Below, in pieces: positions 24,201 through 35,639 of a DNA stretch of 64,000 nt. Numbering within the stretch: the first letter of the stretch is position 1; each line of letters begins with the position of its first letter. Made by a program: the position numbers and the translations under genes. This DNA comes from Tubulanus polymorphus (taxonomy: Eukaryota > Animalia > Nemertea): the NCBI RefSeq assembly GCF_964204645.1, contig NC_134035.1, forward strand, positions 7,286,451-7,350,450, in the 5' to 3' direction. The notes below the pieces were generated by a model. It made no database searches. It was not told where the DNA came from and was given only the letters and a program-made list of their open reading frames with translations.

Positions 24201-26510
24201 TGTACATTATGTCGTAGTGCTGTAGAAGACGAGTTTCATGTTCTACTTTCCTGCCAGGCGTATATTTCACTGAGAAGAAACCTTTTACCAAGATACTACA
24301 CTCGTTATCCAAATATTTTCAAATTTGTAGAGCTTCTGTGCTCGCAGTCAATCGGCAGATTAACTAATATTGGAAAGTATTTGTTAGGCATGTTCATACA
24401 CAGGAGATCTCTCCTAAGTGACACTAACTAAATGATTTCAAAAACTACCTATCTGTATCAATTAAGATATTGTACTGTGAAAACATAACGCCATCTGTAT
24501 TTGTAAATTTGTTCAGTTTATTACTATTGTCATAGTTTATTACTATTGTCATTGTGTAAACACTTTGACGAAATAAACATTTATCATTTACTGATCCATA
24601 GTCTCGACTTAAAACTACACTGCGGATGACCTAGTATCTGAAAATAGTTGCCGATGTTTTGTGTCTATTACTGTTTGAATGACCCCGTTCGATTTGTAGA
24701 TTAGTTACTTTAACTGATTAGTTACTTTAAATTACGTAGTAGGCCCCTTAAGGTCAACTCTATTTCAGAGATGGCTGAGGCATACTCGGCCTGTCTTTGA
24801 TTTTCCTTAACGTTATTCGCGTACACGAAACAAAGAAAATGTGTTTGTTGTTTCACAGGAAGATTCTGACGTGGAATGGAAGTTCGCCCGGACAAAGCTA
24901 TGGCTGAACTACATAGAAGGCATGGCGACTTTGCCCCCGCCGTTCAATTTGATTCCTTCTCGTAAATTCATCACTCGATTATTCTGTGGTTGTAAATGTA
25001 AGAAATCGAATTGTAAAACGTGTTCGTGCTGCAATAGGAAAACACGGAGTCCACAGATGGACGTAAATGAAGGCAGCCAGGTAAGCATTTTACTTCGAAT
25101 TTAAAATTTCTCATCCTTGAAAATTCTCAGACTTGCAGTTTATTAGTGATAAACGTTCTTCAAAGTGAACTTGTTGTCTTGTTGTTGTGTCTTTATTTTT
25201 AACCACTTTTTCGTTTCTTTTATACTAGAATTACCAAATATCATCGGATTTTACTGACCTTGACCCCGAGAACGTCGAAGCCTTGACACTCGAAGTGAGA
25301 AACATCGAAACCTCTCACAATAAGCTGAAGAAAGATCTTTTGCGCCGGTATTTGTTTAAGTTAGAGAGGGGGCACGGTCAAAATGGATCTAGCAACGACG
25401 ACAATGGTGACCGTAAGTACCAGTATATTTAGTGACTTTTCAACCATTTCACTTGTTCGAGGATGATCCGCGTCGTAGTAAAGGCAGTGTGCGCATCGAT
25501 ATAACAAACTCTTAAGTCGATCCAGAAATATTCTTCCAACTTTGTGCAATTTGCTAGAGTAATGAACTACATGTTTTTATCATTATCATCCGAACTACTA
25601 TTGTCTTGATTTCAATCGCTGAATAGCAACTGCCAGATATATCCTCACTGGGAATTCTGCATCTGATAGGGGGCGTCTATTAGTTTCACAAATACCATAA
25701 GCTTCTGAATAATGCTTTTTTTCAGATTCACACGACGAAAACGTTTTCGATGAGGACGACGAATCGGAAATTAGAAGTTTTCCGCCGAGTCCGATGATAG
25801 TCCGTACGACATCGGATCGACGTGACAGTTTAAACCGGGTCGTTTCCGATATTGATAAGATTAATTCGCAGCGTGATCGCGATATGGGTGTTATATATGA
25901 AGACTCTGCACCGAGTTCTTCAGGCCGATCGTCGCCTAACAGACCGGATCCTCCATCTGCAACGCTAATCGATAGAGAAACCGTCAACAGCTTGTTACCG
26001 AGACCACCGATGACATACGCATATTCTTCGGCCATTGATGACAGTCTTCGCTACGAAGATCGGAAAGACGATAGAAGATTGACGAAACTGGAACCACTGC
26101 ATCCACCGTTAAATAAGTTATCGATTGACAGTGCTCCACTGGCCGAAATGCATAGAATCCTAGGCTGTCGTGACGGAGACGAGAACACGGATAGGGCGAT
26201 ACTATCAGCTGTCTCGGGGACGGTGAGTGATACCTCGGATACTGACGAAATGCCGCCATTGTTACCTTCCGCAAATCACAATGACAATGCCGATAGGCAA
26301 AAACCTTTGGAGTCACGACCAAGCGAGAGCAATAATAGCTTTAATACGTCGTTTAAATCGAGTTTACCCAGAAGTCCCCCGCTCGGCTTTTCGCGACGTA
26401 GAAGTAGCGCGTTTACATCGGGTCGTCGGGTTAGACTTCCGAACCGACCGAAAAAATCGACTGACATCAAAAGATTCATTTTACAGCATAATTTCGAAAC
26501 GAAACACTGA
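12154..26510 (+). CDS. TRPC: Canonical transient receptor potential (TRPC) cation channel, 13 coding exons, about 1103 aa
   Basis: All GT-AG and phase-compatible, 3312 nt: 12154-12237, 15066-15695, 16961-17119, 17342-17506, 17788-18022, 18228-18524, 18682-18866, 18952-19073, 19159-19253, 19436-19584, 24859-25080, 25229-25412, 25726-26510. Ankyrins (NCVDYMGRNAL), TRP_2 HxxxCxCxxC, FVAHPNCQ, LGPLQISL, pore LFWALFG, LLNMLIAMM, TRP box EWKFAR, LPPPFN. Confidence 0.93.
12767..13273 (-). mobile_element. Non-autonomous Helitron in TRPC intron 1
   Basis: Minus strand A|TCTATATA...ccgtgatttacacgg hairpin...CTAG|T. Confidence 0.7.
13301..13360. repeat. 60-bp palindrome, probably an internally deleted MITE
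   Basis: agcctcggacacactgggcgatttc / gaaatcgcccagtgtgtccgtggct. Confidence 0.6.
15066..15695 (+). CDS. TRPC: TRPC exon 2 (ankyrin repeats, TRP_2 domain)
   Basis: LSRKERLYLNAVDFG...NCVDYMGRNAL...FSPDITPLILA...HQIDCQCSRC...EFK|gtaagt. Confidence 0.93.
16430..16824 (-). mobile_element. tRNA-derived SINE
   Basis: Minus strand head ggcgcagtggccgagtg (A box) ... ggttcgaatcc (B box); body repeated at 1-125. Confidence 0.55.
16961..19584 (+). CDS. TRPC: TRPC exons 3-10 (linker, S1-S6, pore)
   Basis: Eight short exons giving DYLSLIEQCMNFA, FVAHPNCQ, WNW-like MYNWCD, DPLILSECLFAIA, LGPLQISL, TLFWALFG, LLNMLIAMMSDSY. Confidence 0.9.
19979..20929 (+). CDS. LINE ORF1, L1-type (coiled coil + RRM + CTD)
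   Basis: Coiled coil then LENYNRCENLIMYGVPE, RVHRL, PRGIIRF, ISIGED motifs; open 316 aa. Confidence 0.85.
   Translation: MADSSDCVTPSIVDRRGEKRRLLQRSPEIDIGGTLEYLNIETGNIITRSITKEPCQDCHNLESKIETMFQTILEKMNVLNDLNEKVSNISSSMAEIKAKITAVEGDMVTTKNSLTNIRIENDIIRQTIKENKDLINVSTNENKKLHDRLISLENYNRCENLIMYGVPETDTELEDCEKVVKQTIKYDLGIDDPEKLCLQRVHRLKRRTGRSGPRGIIRFANFKDRENVRRSAYKLKCSSISIGEDHCPETVAAIKKLLPMKKKFIERGQKAYINWRGNLIIDGKPYTGNGTEIPDRNQSETNTDSSEERQHTTSRR
20935..24431 (+). pseudogene. LINE ORF2 endonuclease-reverse transcriptase, multiple frameshifts and stops
   Basis: MSEAW, IFGDFNAR, SDH, KSPGLDSI, NYRGIT, FVDFSKAFD, GIRQG, LYADD, YLG pieces in changing frames. Confidence 0.9.
24859..26510 (+). CDS. TRPC: TRPC exons 11-13 (TRP box, rib helix, disordered C-terminus)
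   Basis: EDSDVEWKFARTKLW, LPPPFNLIPS, KDLLRRYLF; stop tga at 26508-26510. Confidence 0.9.
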
Positions 26511-28204
26511 TGTTACATGCTTTATGAACTTTTTTCGTTGATTGTGGTGGAAATTGTTGACGACGAAATACATATTTGTGTAAAAGATATTGTTTTTTAA
26601 ATCAGAATGACACAATGTATCAAGTCTAAGGCTGCATTTTAGTACTTGCTGGATTGAAAATTGTTACTTTTTATCAGATAGGGGAAATAAAATTATACTT
26701 AGAGCTACTTAAAAAACAAGCGGGGCGGATGATCCCACTCGGGTTTCTATAACCACAACGATTTTTACGTGGTGATTTTGCGCATTAGGTTTACGTATAT
26801 TGACCATATTCCTCAAGAGACTTTTACTAAGTAATGCACTTCTTATCTGACTATTTTAAAATATGTATCAGAAATATGTTTTTAAAAGTTTTAAAGAAAA
26901 ACAACTCGTTTTAATTCTTGTCAGAGCAAAACAATGACTTTTTACGGACTTTTGTGTATCTAGGTATGAAGTACTCATATTTTGTAGACATTTTTGCGTA
27001 ATTTTCTCAATAAAGATAATGAAAGATGTGTTTGGCGACTACATTTTCCCTAGTTCGATCTTAGTATTAAAGACGTAACTATTTGGAGACTCGGTTTTAG
27101 GCGTGTAAACCACTAGAGCACAGCATATCTGTCAAAATTGCCCGTTAGATATCATAATCAATTGTACGTATGTACATTAAATGTTTTCATTCTAAATCAA
27201 TACAGAACAAAAAGGAACGGCGCTTAATTTAGGATAAATGTTGAATGAATGATCTAGAATCATAGAAAGCTTATGACTTTCTCAGTCAATACTTCAATAG
27301 CCCATGTTGGTGATTCTCACTGCAAAAATATCGCCAATAGAACGGGTTGTGCATGAGTTAAAACACAGAAATCAAAGGGAAGCAGACAAGTAGAGGCTCG
27401 TAATCCAGAGGAATGAAAACAGCAACGACAATGCTACCAAAATAGATACAGAACCTACGATTCAAAAAGCCGACATAAGTTGGGTTCGAACCTACACTTT
27501 TGATGAGGATCAGATCAATGACCCGAAACCCCGAAACGAAACTTCTATGTATACGAAACATGGTCATAACGGACAGGATTTAAGCACAGCAGTTTAGAAT
27601 ATTGTGTTTATTCAATGCACGATATGTTTAATGATTCTAAACGCTATTTGAATTAATGCAGGTATCACTATGCTGCCTGAACCGTAAATCCACAGACGAT
27701 CACCAATCATTGTGATTATTGAATATCAGACTTCACATGTGTTCAGTTTCACTAGAAACTTGATAATAAAACTACAAACACCACAGATTAAGCATTTGAT
27801 CAAGCACAATCTCAGTCAAAGGCTAATCGTCCACACTTCACAAGTTGAGAATACAAACACAGGAATTAGAAACGAAACTGACCGCGTCTAAATTTTACGC
27901 TGCGAATGTTGGATATCAGGGGTGATACATGCACTTCAGTTAACCCTCGTTATCATAACCTGCATTTGTTTGACTGCATGTATTTTGGTTGGCTAAAATA
28001 TTCTTTTACCTACAGGAACACGGCAATTCCAATGTATCGGTGTGGGAACCGTACTCGAAACGCCATCGGAACAGTCCTTACAGGCAAGCGTGTATGAGCC
28101 GAGCCGGCGTCATTTCAGCGTCCAAACGTTACAGGATGGCACTTTAGCAAACGCAACTAGTGTCACTATTCTCACTACGTGGCGCTGCGGACAGACAGAG
28201 GAAG

Positions 28205-28270
28205 CATTGTTCCGACAACAAACTTTTAGTGAATGTCGCAAAAACAAAAATTATGATTTTTACCAAACGT
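28205..28270 (+). pseudogene. Old LINE RT fragment, left of the Polinton
   Basis: HCSDNKLLVNVAKTKIMIFTKR; continues at 42696 as NADYRYQFNFRNEPEEITDKYPYLGVIF. Confidence 0.7.
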
Positions 28271-28358
28271 TTACTTTCCTTTATACTAGCGTTGCGGACA
28301 CGTTTGGTAAAAATCATAATTTTTGTTTTTGCGACATTCACTAAAAGTTTAAAAATTC

Positions 28359-28482
28359 ATAAATGAATAACATATATAAATGAATATTTTATATATGAAT
28401 AACTTCTAAAATCAATTTTAATAAAAAATTTAATATTAAAATGGAAGCAAATAAGGAGTACTACTGTTCTAAGTGTAAAATA
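28359..28482. repeat. Left TIR of the Polinton (outer part rearranged)
   Basis: Reverse complement of ~42465-42590: ataaatgaataacatatataaatgaat...ttaaaatggaagcaaataa..agtactactgttc. Confidence 0.85.
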
Positions 28483-28830
28483 AATAAATCATAAGCAGAA
28501 TTTCAAAAAAATAAAACTTAGAAAGATGGTAAACAAACATATTGCAAAAGCTGTACTAAAGTAACTAATACAAAATTTCTTGAAAATAAGTCAGATTATT
28601 CAACGGAATATTATATGGATAATATTGAAAAATTCAAAGTTAAAAATAAAAAATGGAGAGAAAATCACCCAGATTATATAACAGAATATATAAGAGAATG
28701 GAGGGATAATAATCGTTAACATGATAAAGAATATATTAACAATTATCAAAAAGAAAATTTATTTAGAAATTTATTGAATTATGGAACAATGATCCAAATA
28801 ATGAACAATACGTTGAATCTTTAATCAGCA
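28441..28830 (+). pseudogene. Zn-finger protein resembling N-termini of HNH/endonuclease VII-type viral proteins
   Basis: MEANKEYYCSKCKINKS*AEFQKNKTRKDGKQTYCKSC...KKWRENHPDY; internal stops. Confidence 0.5.
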
Positions 28831-29383
28831 GTTAAAGAATAGTTTGAGGAATTTTATATCGAGAATCCGAAATGACTTATCTGGACAATTATAGTTACTG
28901 CTCCTATAGATAGACAAAAGTAGTGAGATATTGAATCCTGATTTAAATAAAAAATATTAAAAAACAATAACTTCAACTAGCCATTATTTCTATTTTAATT
29001 TTAATAAACTAAAATGGGTTGGGTACGCTTTATTTCAATTAGGTGGAATAATGACATTAATTTCTACTGGCGTAATAACATTTTATAATAACAAATCTAT
29101 AGCATATAAAGATACAACATGAATATCTTCATGGACGTATAGACTAGAGCTTAACACTAGTCTATGCGTCCATGATGACACTTACATATAACATACTTTG
29201 TATTCTTTTATATAACTTTGTATGTATATAATCGTGTTGTAATTCGAAGGAAAATAAAGTTAAATATTATATATTATTATGTTATTATTATTATATATTA
29301 TTATATTATATTATTATTATTATTATTATATTATAAAAATAAATCAGATAATATTGAATCAGAACAAAAATTAACTAAAATAA

Positions 29384-29719
29384 ATGAGTTATGATATTAA
29401 GAAGAAACCTAGATCTGAGAAACAAGTACAGTGGGCAAAGGAGTTGGGAAAAAGATCTGCAGAATTCAAAAAAGCTAAGAAAAAGAAATTAACTGATATA
29501 AATGAATCACCTGATATCAATTCAAATGATAATTTATCTTATTCTTCTAATACTGGAAGTAATAATAAATTATATATTACAATTGGATTAGTCACAGTAA
29601 TTATATTCTCTGGTGTAATATATAAATATAAATTCAAATCTAATAATAATGATGATAATGATAATGATGATAGTAGTGATGATAATAAACCTATTATACA
29701 CGAAACTAAATCAACATAA
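29384..29719 (+). CDS. Polinton small basic protein with one TM helix
   Basis: KKKPRSEKQVQWAKELG...; TM LYITIGLVTVIIFSGVIY; TAAATG start. Confidence 0.6.
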   Translation: MSYDIKKKPRSEKQVQWAKELGKRSAEFKKAKKKKLTDINESPDINSNDNLSYSSNTGSNNKLYITIGLVTVIIFSGVIYKYKFKSNNNDDNDNDDSSDDNKPIIHETKST

Positions 29720-29730
29720 CATTATTATCA

Positions 29731-30829
29731 ATGGATTAAAATAAGATAAAAAAGAACAATATTTAAAGGAGATTTATATTATAACCCAGAGAGTGAAGTA
29801 TCATATTCTAGTGTTTCGGAATTATGGGATAAAATAAAATCTGATAATGAAAATACAAAATATAGTGAACTAAGACTGTGGTTACAAAATCAACCAACAT
29901 ATCAAATCCATAAGAAAATGGATAAAAACTATTTAACAAGAAAAGTAATGGTTTCATATATTGATCAACAATGGCAACCAGATTTAAATGACATGAAGAA
30001 CTTAGAAGAATACAATAAAGGATATTTCTGGATATTAAATGTAAGTGATATATTCAGTAGATACGCATGGAGTATACCAATCAAAAATAAAACTGGTATA
30101 GAAGTAACAAATGCTTTTAAAAATATATCTAAAGAAGCTATTCCAGGTAAGATACAATTTGATGAAGGTAAGGAATTCTATAATAAATATTTAAAACAAT
30201 TATTATCTGATAACGATGTAGAATATTTTTCAACACGCTCAGATAAAAAAGCATCTATCATAGAACGATTCAATAAAACATTGAAAACTAGAATGTGGAA
30301 ATATTTTACTGCTCATGAAACATATAAATATATCGATGTATTAGATGATTTAGTGAAAGGTCATAATAATTCTAAACATTCAAGTATTGGTATGAAACCT
30401 ATACTAGCTAGAAAAGAAGATAATTCAGAAATAGTATGGAATAATTTATATAGAGCATTTGATACACATGATTTTGGAGAACCTAAATATAAGGACAACA
30501 TGTAAGAATATCTAAATATCGAAACACATTTTATAAAGGTTATACTCCAAATTTTATTGAAGAAATATTTAAAATTATAAAGATAATATTAACTAAACCT
30601 TTTGTTTATAAATTAGAAGATTTAAAAGATGAAGAAATATTAGGTTATTTTTATGAACAAGAATTATCACTTGTACCAAATGCAGATGAAATAGAATAAG
30701 AAATAGAAAAAGTATTGAAAACAAAAATTCTTACAGGAAAAAAGTATTCTTTGATGAAATATAAAGGGTATGATGATAAATTTAATGAATAGATTTTATC
30801 TAGTAAAATTAAAAGAATAAATGAATAAA
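29731..30829 (+). pseudogene. Polinton retroviral-like (rve) integrase with C-terminal chromodomain
   Basis: YYNP..SYSS, QWQPDLNDM, DIFSRYAW, IQFDEGKEF, ASIIERFNKTLK, HSSIGMKP, FYEQEL, IEKVL...KYKGYDDKFNE; frameshifts. Confidence 0.9.
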
Positions 30830-31182
30830 GATTTATTTATATTTGAGCCGCATAATATGTTAGTTACTGGAGTAACCAACTGTGGTAAAACACATTTCAT
30901 ATTAGGCTAAACAAAAATGATACCTTGTTTCTCCGCAGCGGCCGGGTTATTTTTGTAAAATATGATACAATTTGTAAACAGTTCATTTCTATAGCGGCCG
31001 CGTCAGTTATGGTAAAATTGATCACGATTTTAAAAGAAGTAATGTACAGGGTAGATAGGCGGCTGGCCGGGTCAACATTTAAGCTCAGCAGAGCGGAGAA
31101 ACAAGGTATCAATTTTTTTTAGCCTTAGATTTGTTAGAAAATATTCATAAGAATCAATTTGATAATATATTATTATTATTTA
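30821..31182 (+). pseudogene. Packaging ATPase (A32/FtsK-like) N-terminus, MITE-interrupted and truncated
   Basis: MNKDLFIFEPHNMLVTGVTNCGKTHFIL[MITE]DLLENIHKNQFDNIIII; Walker A GxxxxGKT. Confidence 0.8.
30905..31124. mobile_element. 220-bp Tourist/PIF-Harbinger-like MITE, TTA TSD
   Basis: TIRs ggctaaacaaaaatgataccttgtttctccgc / gcggagaaacaaggtatcaattttttttagcc; tta at 30902-30904 and 31125-31127; removal restores the ATPase frame. Confidence 0.9.
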
Positions 31183-31277
31183 ATTTTTATAAAAACTAAT
31201 TTATATATCTAAGTACGAGAGGTACGAGTAAGAAAGTAAGAATTCTTGGATTCTTACTCGCACCTCTCGTACCTTTC

Positions 31278-31628
31278 TTACTTTCTTGGATTCTTACTTT
31301 CTTGGATTATATTATCATCATTAGTTTCAATTGTATTAACATTATATGTTATATTATCTATGGTATCATTAGTTTCAATTGTTTCAACATTATCTATGAT
31401 ATTATTATCAGATATATTATCATCATTATTATTCTTTTCTTTTTCTACATGTTTCTTTGATTTCTTACGTGATGCCCGATTTTTATATGATAAATATTTC
31501 TTACATACGTCACAATATTGATTAAAGTATTCTCCAAAATACTTACTATATTCATCAAAAGGTATTATATAATATATATCTGATATCATTTCACTTGGAC
31601 TTTGTATTTCATATATTCCTCCTTCCAT
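31278..31628 (-). CDS. Polinton small protein with Zn-finger-like motif
   Basis: YCDVCKKYLSYKNRASRKKSKKH; TAAATG start. Confidence 0.5.
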   Translation of the reverse strand: MEGGIYEIQSPSEMISDIYYIIPFDEYSKYFGEYFNQYCDVCKKYLSYKNRASRKKSKKHVEKEKNNNDDNISDNNIIDNVETIETNDTIDNITYNVNTIETNDDNIIQESKNPRK

Positions 31629-31661
31629 TTATAATAAAATTTTTTTATTAAAATTAAAATT

Positions 31662-32896
31662 CTAATACATAACATTGTGTAATTGAGAATTTGTTATATT
31701 TAATTGCGCGTCAGATATAATATAAATGTGCATTTTGTAATTTAAACCTCCTTTCTTCTTTTTCATTAATAATTGTATTCCATCTGTTGTATTTTGTAAT
31801 TTTTACCAGAACCATGTAATAAGTTATCTTCAGTGGTTCTAAAATCTAAACATAGCGCATATTTATTGCCGGTATAATAATCAATTTGATTAATATTACA
31901 ATCTTCTATTGATTTTATTTTTTCATTCATAAAATGTTTTTTAATTTCTGGCCACTGATCAATCATTCTCATTCCTTGGTTAAATATTTTATTTGCTATA
32001 CCTTCGATAGTTATTTCTACTTTCAGGATTATAATGATTATCAACCTGTATTGCGCCATTAGAATATGTTGCAATGGTAAAAAATATTAATATACCCTTA
32101 ATAGATCTTCTTGGGAAGTTGATATTCTCATTAATTATTTCATCATTTGCATTAATGGTTACCGTTTTAAATTTATCAATATAATCATAGAATAATGAAA
32201 ATCCTTGATGATATTGAGTTTGAATTATGCTAGCAATATTTTCATCATCACTTACTGTATCATATTCTAAACATATATTCGATAATTTATAACCCATATC
32301 TTTAACTACACTTGATAATACAATTTCATTAACAGGAGCAAATGTTATTTTCAAATATAATATCTTCTTGAATTGCATTTTATACAAAGGTGCATTATTA
32401 TTTATCAATTCAAAATCTAATGGAATTTTATATTTACTACCATAAATCTTTTTTATCAAATTATCTGCGGTACGAGTTACTATTGCGTCATTAGCTCCTG
32501 ATCTTAATTTATTTTGGTTTTCTGATTGGATGCCTTGAAATATCATATTATTTCTATTTTCTTTTGTTAACCATAAATCTGTATAATACATAAATAGATT
32601 ATAATCATTTAATGAGAAAACTGTTTCTGGTCCAATCTTTACAATTAATCTTTTAATCAAATATCTCCCAACATTATCTACGACATAATTATTATTATTA
32701 CCAGTTACATTTATATCAGCTGATAAATAGATACTATTTGGAACATAAAAGTATTTTGTGTTAATCTAGGGATTCTAACATATAAAGTTTCATTAATATT
32801 AGAAGGATTATGAGTAATTATATGATGAGATCTCTCTGCTTTAATAGCATCAGATATTCTAGAACTCTTAGAAGGATTTCTATAACTCCCACTAAT
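31662..32896 (-). pseudogene. Major capsid protein (double jelly-roll), frameshifted
   Basis: AIKAERSHHIITHNPS..LYVRIPRL, NVGRYLIKRL, YTDLWLT, FQGIQS, YKIPLDF, YKLSNICLEYDTV, PRRSIKGIL, LHGSG, ISDAQLNI; recognised as Polinton MCP pattern from memory. Confidence 0.75.
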
Positions 32897-32918
32897 TTAT
32901 TTAAGAAAACAAAATTGA

Positions 32919-34321
32919 TTATTTATTTTTCATCATATTCACTAACCCAAAAATAATTGCACTTACATCTGTAATTAAAAATAAAATTAAATGTTCAGCA
33001 GCAAAGCTAATTATATTTCCAGCAGATTTTAAAACAAAACCCACAATTGATGCTATAACTCCGGGTAAAGCTGCAGCAGATTTTTTAGATAATTCCCGTA
33101 AATATTTTGCTAATTTTTTTAATCCATCTTTAACTTTATCTTGTATAGAATTATTATTGTTTGGTGGTTTAACAGGTGGTTTAGGACTTGGTGTAGATTT
33201 TAATGAATTTGATATAGCTAAACCAATTGTTGTAAATACCATAGTAACAACTGTTAGAATTGAAAGAATTGTTATACCTTCTAGTTTGAATAATAATCTT
33301 ATTCTATCTTTTAATGATCATTCAGAATCTGGTTTTATCAACGAATTTTTAAAAATAACTTTTAATCTATCAATATTATTATCATATTTATTCATTAATG
33401 TATTTTTTGCTTTTAAATCATCAATTTCTTTTTCTAAGCGTAATTTTTTTTTTCTATATTCATTTTCATCAATTACTTGACGATCTAAATCGGACTTTAA
33501 TTGTCCTACTTCTTTATTTGATTCAAATAATTCATTTTGTAAATACGTAATTTTTTTATCTCTAATCATTTTTTGTTCGCAAATTCATTTCATATATTTA
33601 TTATTTCTCTAATAACTTTATCAGAAAATATATTTAAACCTTCTAATTCTTGATATGTTGCATCAATTAATCCATTCGGGAAAATTAACTCCGTTTGAAC
33701 TCCTCTTGAATTTGGTTTGCTAGTTTTGGAATTTAAATCCTGTAAAGAAATTTTCTCTTGGTTTAGGTTTAGTTCTGAATATTTAATAATTGTTTCAAAT
33801 AATTTTAAGATATTATATTTAAATACCATAACATTTTCATTTCTTTCTTCTTCTATTTCATTACTATTACTTATTCTTTTAATTTTAGATGGTTCTACCC
33901 AAAGCAAAGTTGATTCTGCTAATATTCTATTTCTATAAGTGATTTTAATATAATAATCCGAATAATATTTCAAACGATAATAAAATTCACCATCTAAATG
34001 TTTTAAATCTGGCGCTAAAAGGTTGGCGTCTTCATCATTAAAATCAATTCCAGATTTTCTAAATATTGATTTAAATTTTTCAATTAATTCATCATATTCA
34101 TATTCTTTCCCTGTTATTTCTGGCACTTTATTTTCAGTATTTATCTTTGAACGTGCTTTTTTAACAAAATCATTAGTATCAGGTCTTGTTAAATTAGAAT
34201 TATATGATGTTTCATTATCATTATCAATATTAGTTTCATTAAAATCGGGTTGTGGTTGATCGGTTATACCGGGTTCATCGAAAGTATCCATTGGAATATC
34301 ACCTCGACCTTCTACTTCCAT
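32919..34321 (-). pseudogene. Coiled-coil protein with amphipathic/hydrophobic C-terminus (putative membrane-active virion protein)
   Basis: Three ORF pieces; SLKDRIRLLFKLEGITILSILT...KKSAAALPGVIASIVGFVL. Confidence 0.6.
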
Positions 34322-34324
34322 TTA

Positions 34325-35613
34325 TTACTTACAAAAATTGAAATTTAAAATATAATATTCCTCCTATAACAATTCCTATACAAGTTATAGCTAATTTAGT
34401 ATTTTTCATGGGATTTATTATCATTATTAGTTTTAATTATATCATGTTGAATAATATCACCTTTTATATTTTCTGTAGTATTGTAATCTTTTATTTTGAA
34501 TCATTATCCAATTTAATATTCTTAGTTTCAGTTTCTGTTGATTGAATATGTTTTTTAATTTTTTCACCTTCCATTAATTTTGGAGCGGTGATAATTTTTT
34601 ATTTATATCATTCAATCCAAATGAATTATTTATTGTAGCAGTTTTAATTAAATTATTATAACCAATTATATTCCCCATCTTTAATACTAAATCATCAAAA
34701 ATAATTAATAGATTAGAACCTATACAATTATTTAATCTTACATGAGATTTATCTAAATAATTTTGGTACCTGACTATATTTTCTGGAATCGACCTGGAAT
34801 GCATATCAAATAAGTTATAATTGATTGATTTATTCTTTGTATACCTGATCTGGTAAATCCTTCACTATTTTCTAAAATGAAATAAACCAAACCATTATTA
34901 TTTCCTTGTTTTAAACTATCATAGAATTTCGGTAATTTATTGAAAATTAATGTTTCTAAATCCTTAGTTTCTATTTCACAATAACCTAATTTATTATTAT
35001 AGATATTGTAATAACTATTAATTGGTAAGGGAAGTGCACAATATTCTGCAATCTTTTCAGGGCAAGGAAGTGATCTTATTGTTCCAATTTTTGTTCTAAA
35101 ATCAGAATTATTTATATCTATATTAAATTCAATACAAATTTTATAAAACTTTGATAAATTAATATTATTATCTAATTCCTTAAAATATCTAGATCCTGGT
35201 AAAGGACATTCTAATTCATTTAATATTAATCTTATTTGAAAATAAATATGAAATCTAAATAAACTTTGAATTAATTTATATTCAGAATTATTCAAATGAT
35301 CATTCCAACTAAGTCCACATCCTGTTGTTGCACAATAAACTGCAAAATTTAATTGGTTTAGCCAATACTTCATATTAGATTTTAATAACCATTGTTTTTC
35401 ATCTTCCAATTTTATAAAATTAATTCTATATACATGAAATATATTTTCCATCTTTGCATTAAAATTATTAGTTTCAGTAACATAGATATCTAAATTAATT
35501 AATGAATTTAAAACTTCATTTCTATATGAAATATCTTTATCAAAATCTATTGCAGGAATATCATATTTAATTGATTTATTATATTGGAAAGCTTTTGGAA
35601 AACTAATTGCCAT
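34325..35613 (-). pseudogene. Conserved Polinton protein with C-terminal TM anchor
   Basis: WLNQLNFAVYCATTGCG, FRFHIYFQIRLIL..L.CPLP, SEGFTRSG, RYQNYL; ends LAITCIGIVIGGILYF. Confidence 0.6.
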
Positions 35614-35639
35614 TTATATAATAAGAAAATAAATATTTT

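Larger units (their letters stand above)
19678..24590 (+). mobile_element. Near full-length LINE (RTEX-like) in TRPC intron 10
   Basis: 5' aagatggcg, ORF1, APE-RT ORF2, C-terminal ESGRW...RICTLC...VEDEFHVLLSC, aataaa 24572 then catttat repeats; ends approximate, no clear TSD. Confidence 0.85.

Noticed and set aside
19640-24610. TSD for the intronic LINE
   Set aside because: Only a weak attatcctgat/atttactgat similarity
25598-26541. Overlapping ORFs on the TRPC last exon
   Set aside because: Alternative frames of one exon with no independent evidence
27470-27575. tRNA-like B box ggttcgaaccc on the minus strand
   Set aside because: No cloverleaf; at most a decayed SINE head
28144-28366. Mirror ORFs on both strands
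   Set aside because: Produced by the 51-bp inverted duplication of a LINE fragment
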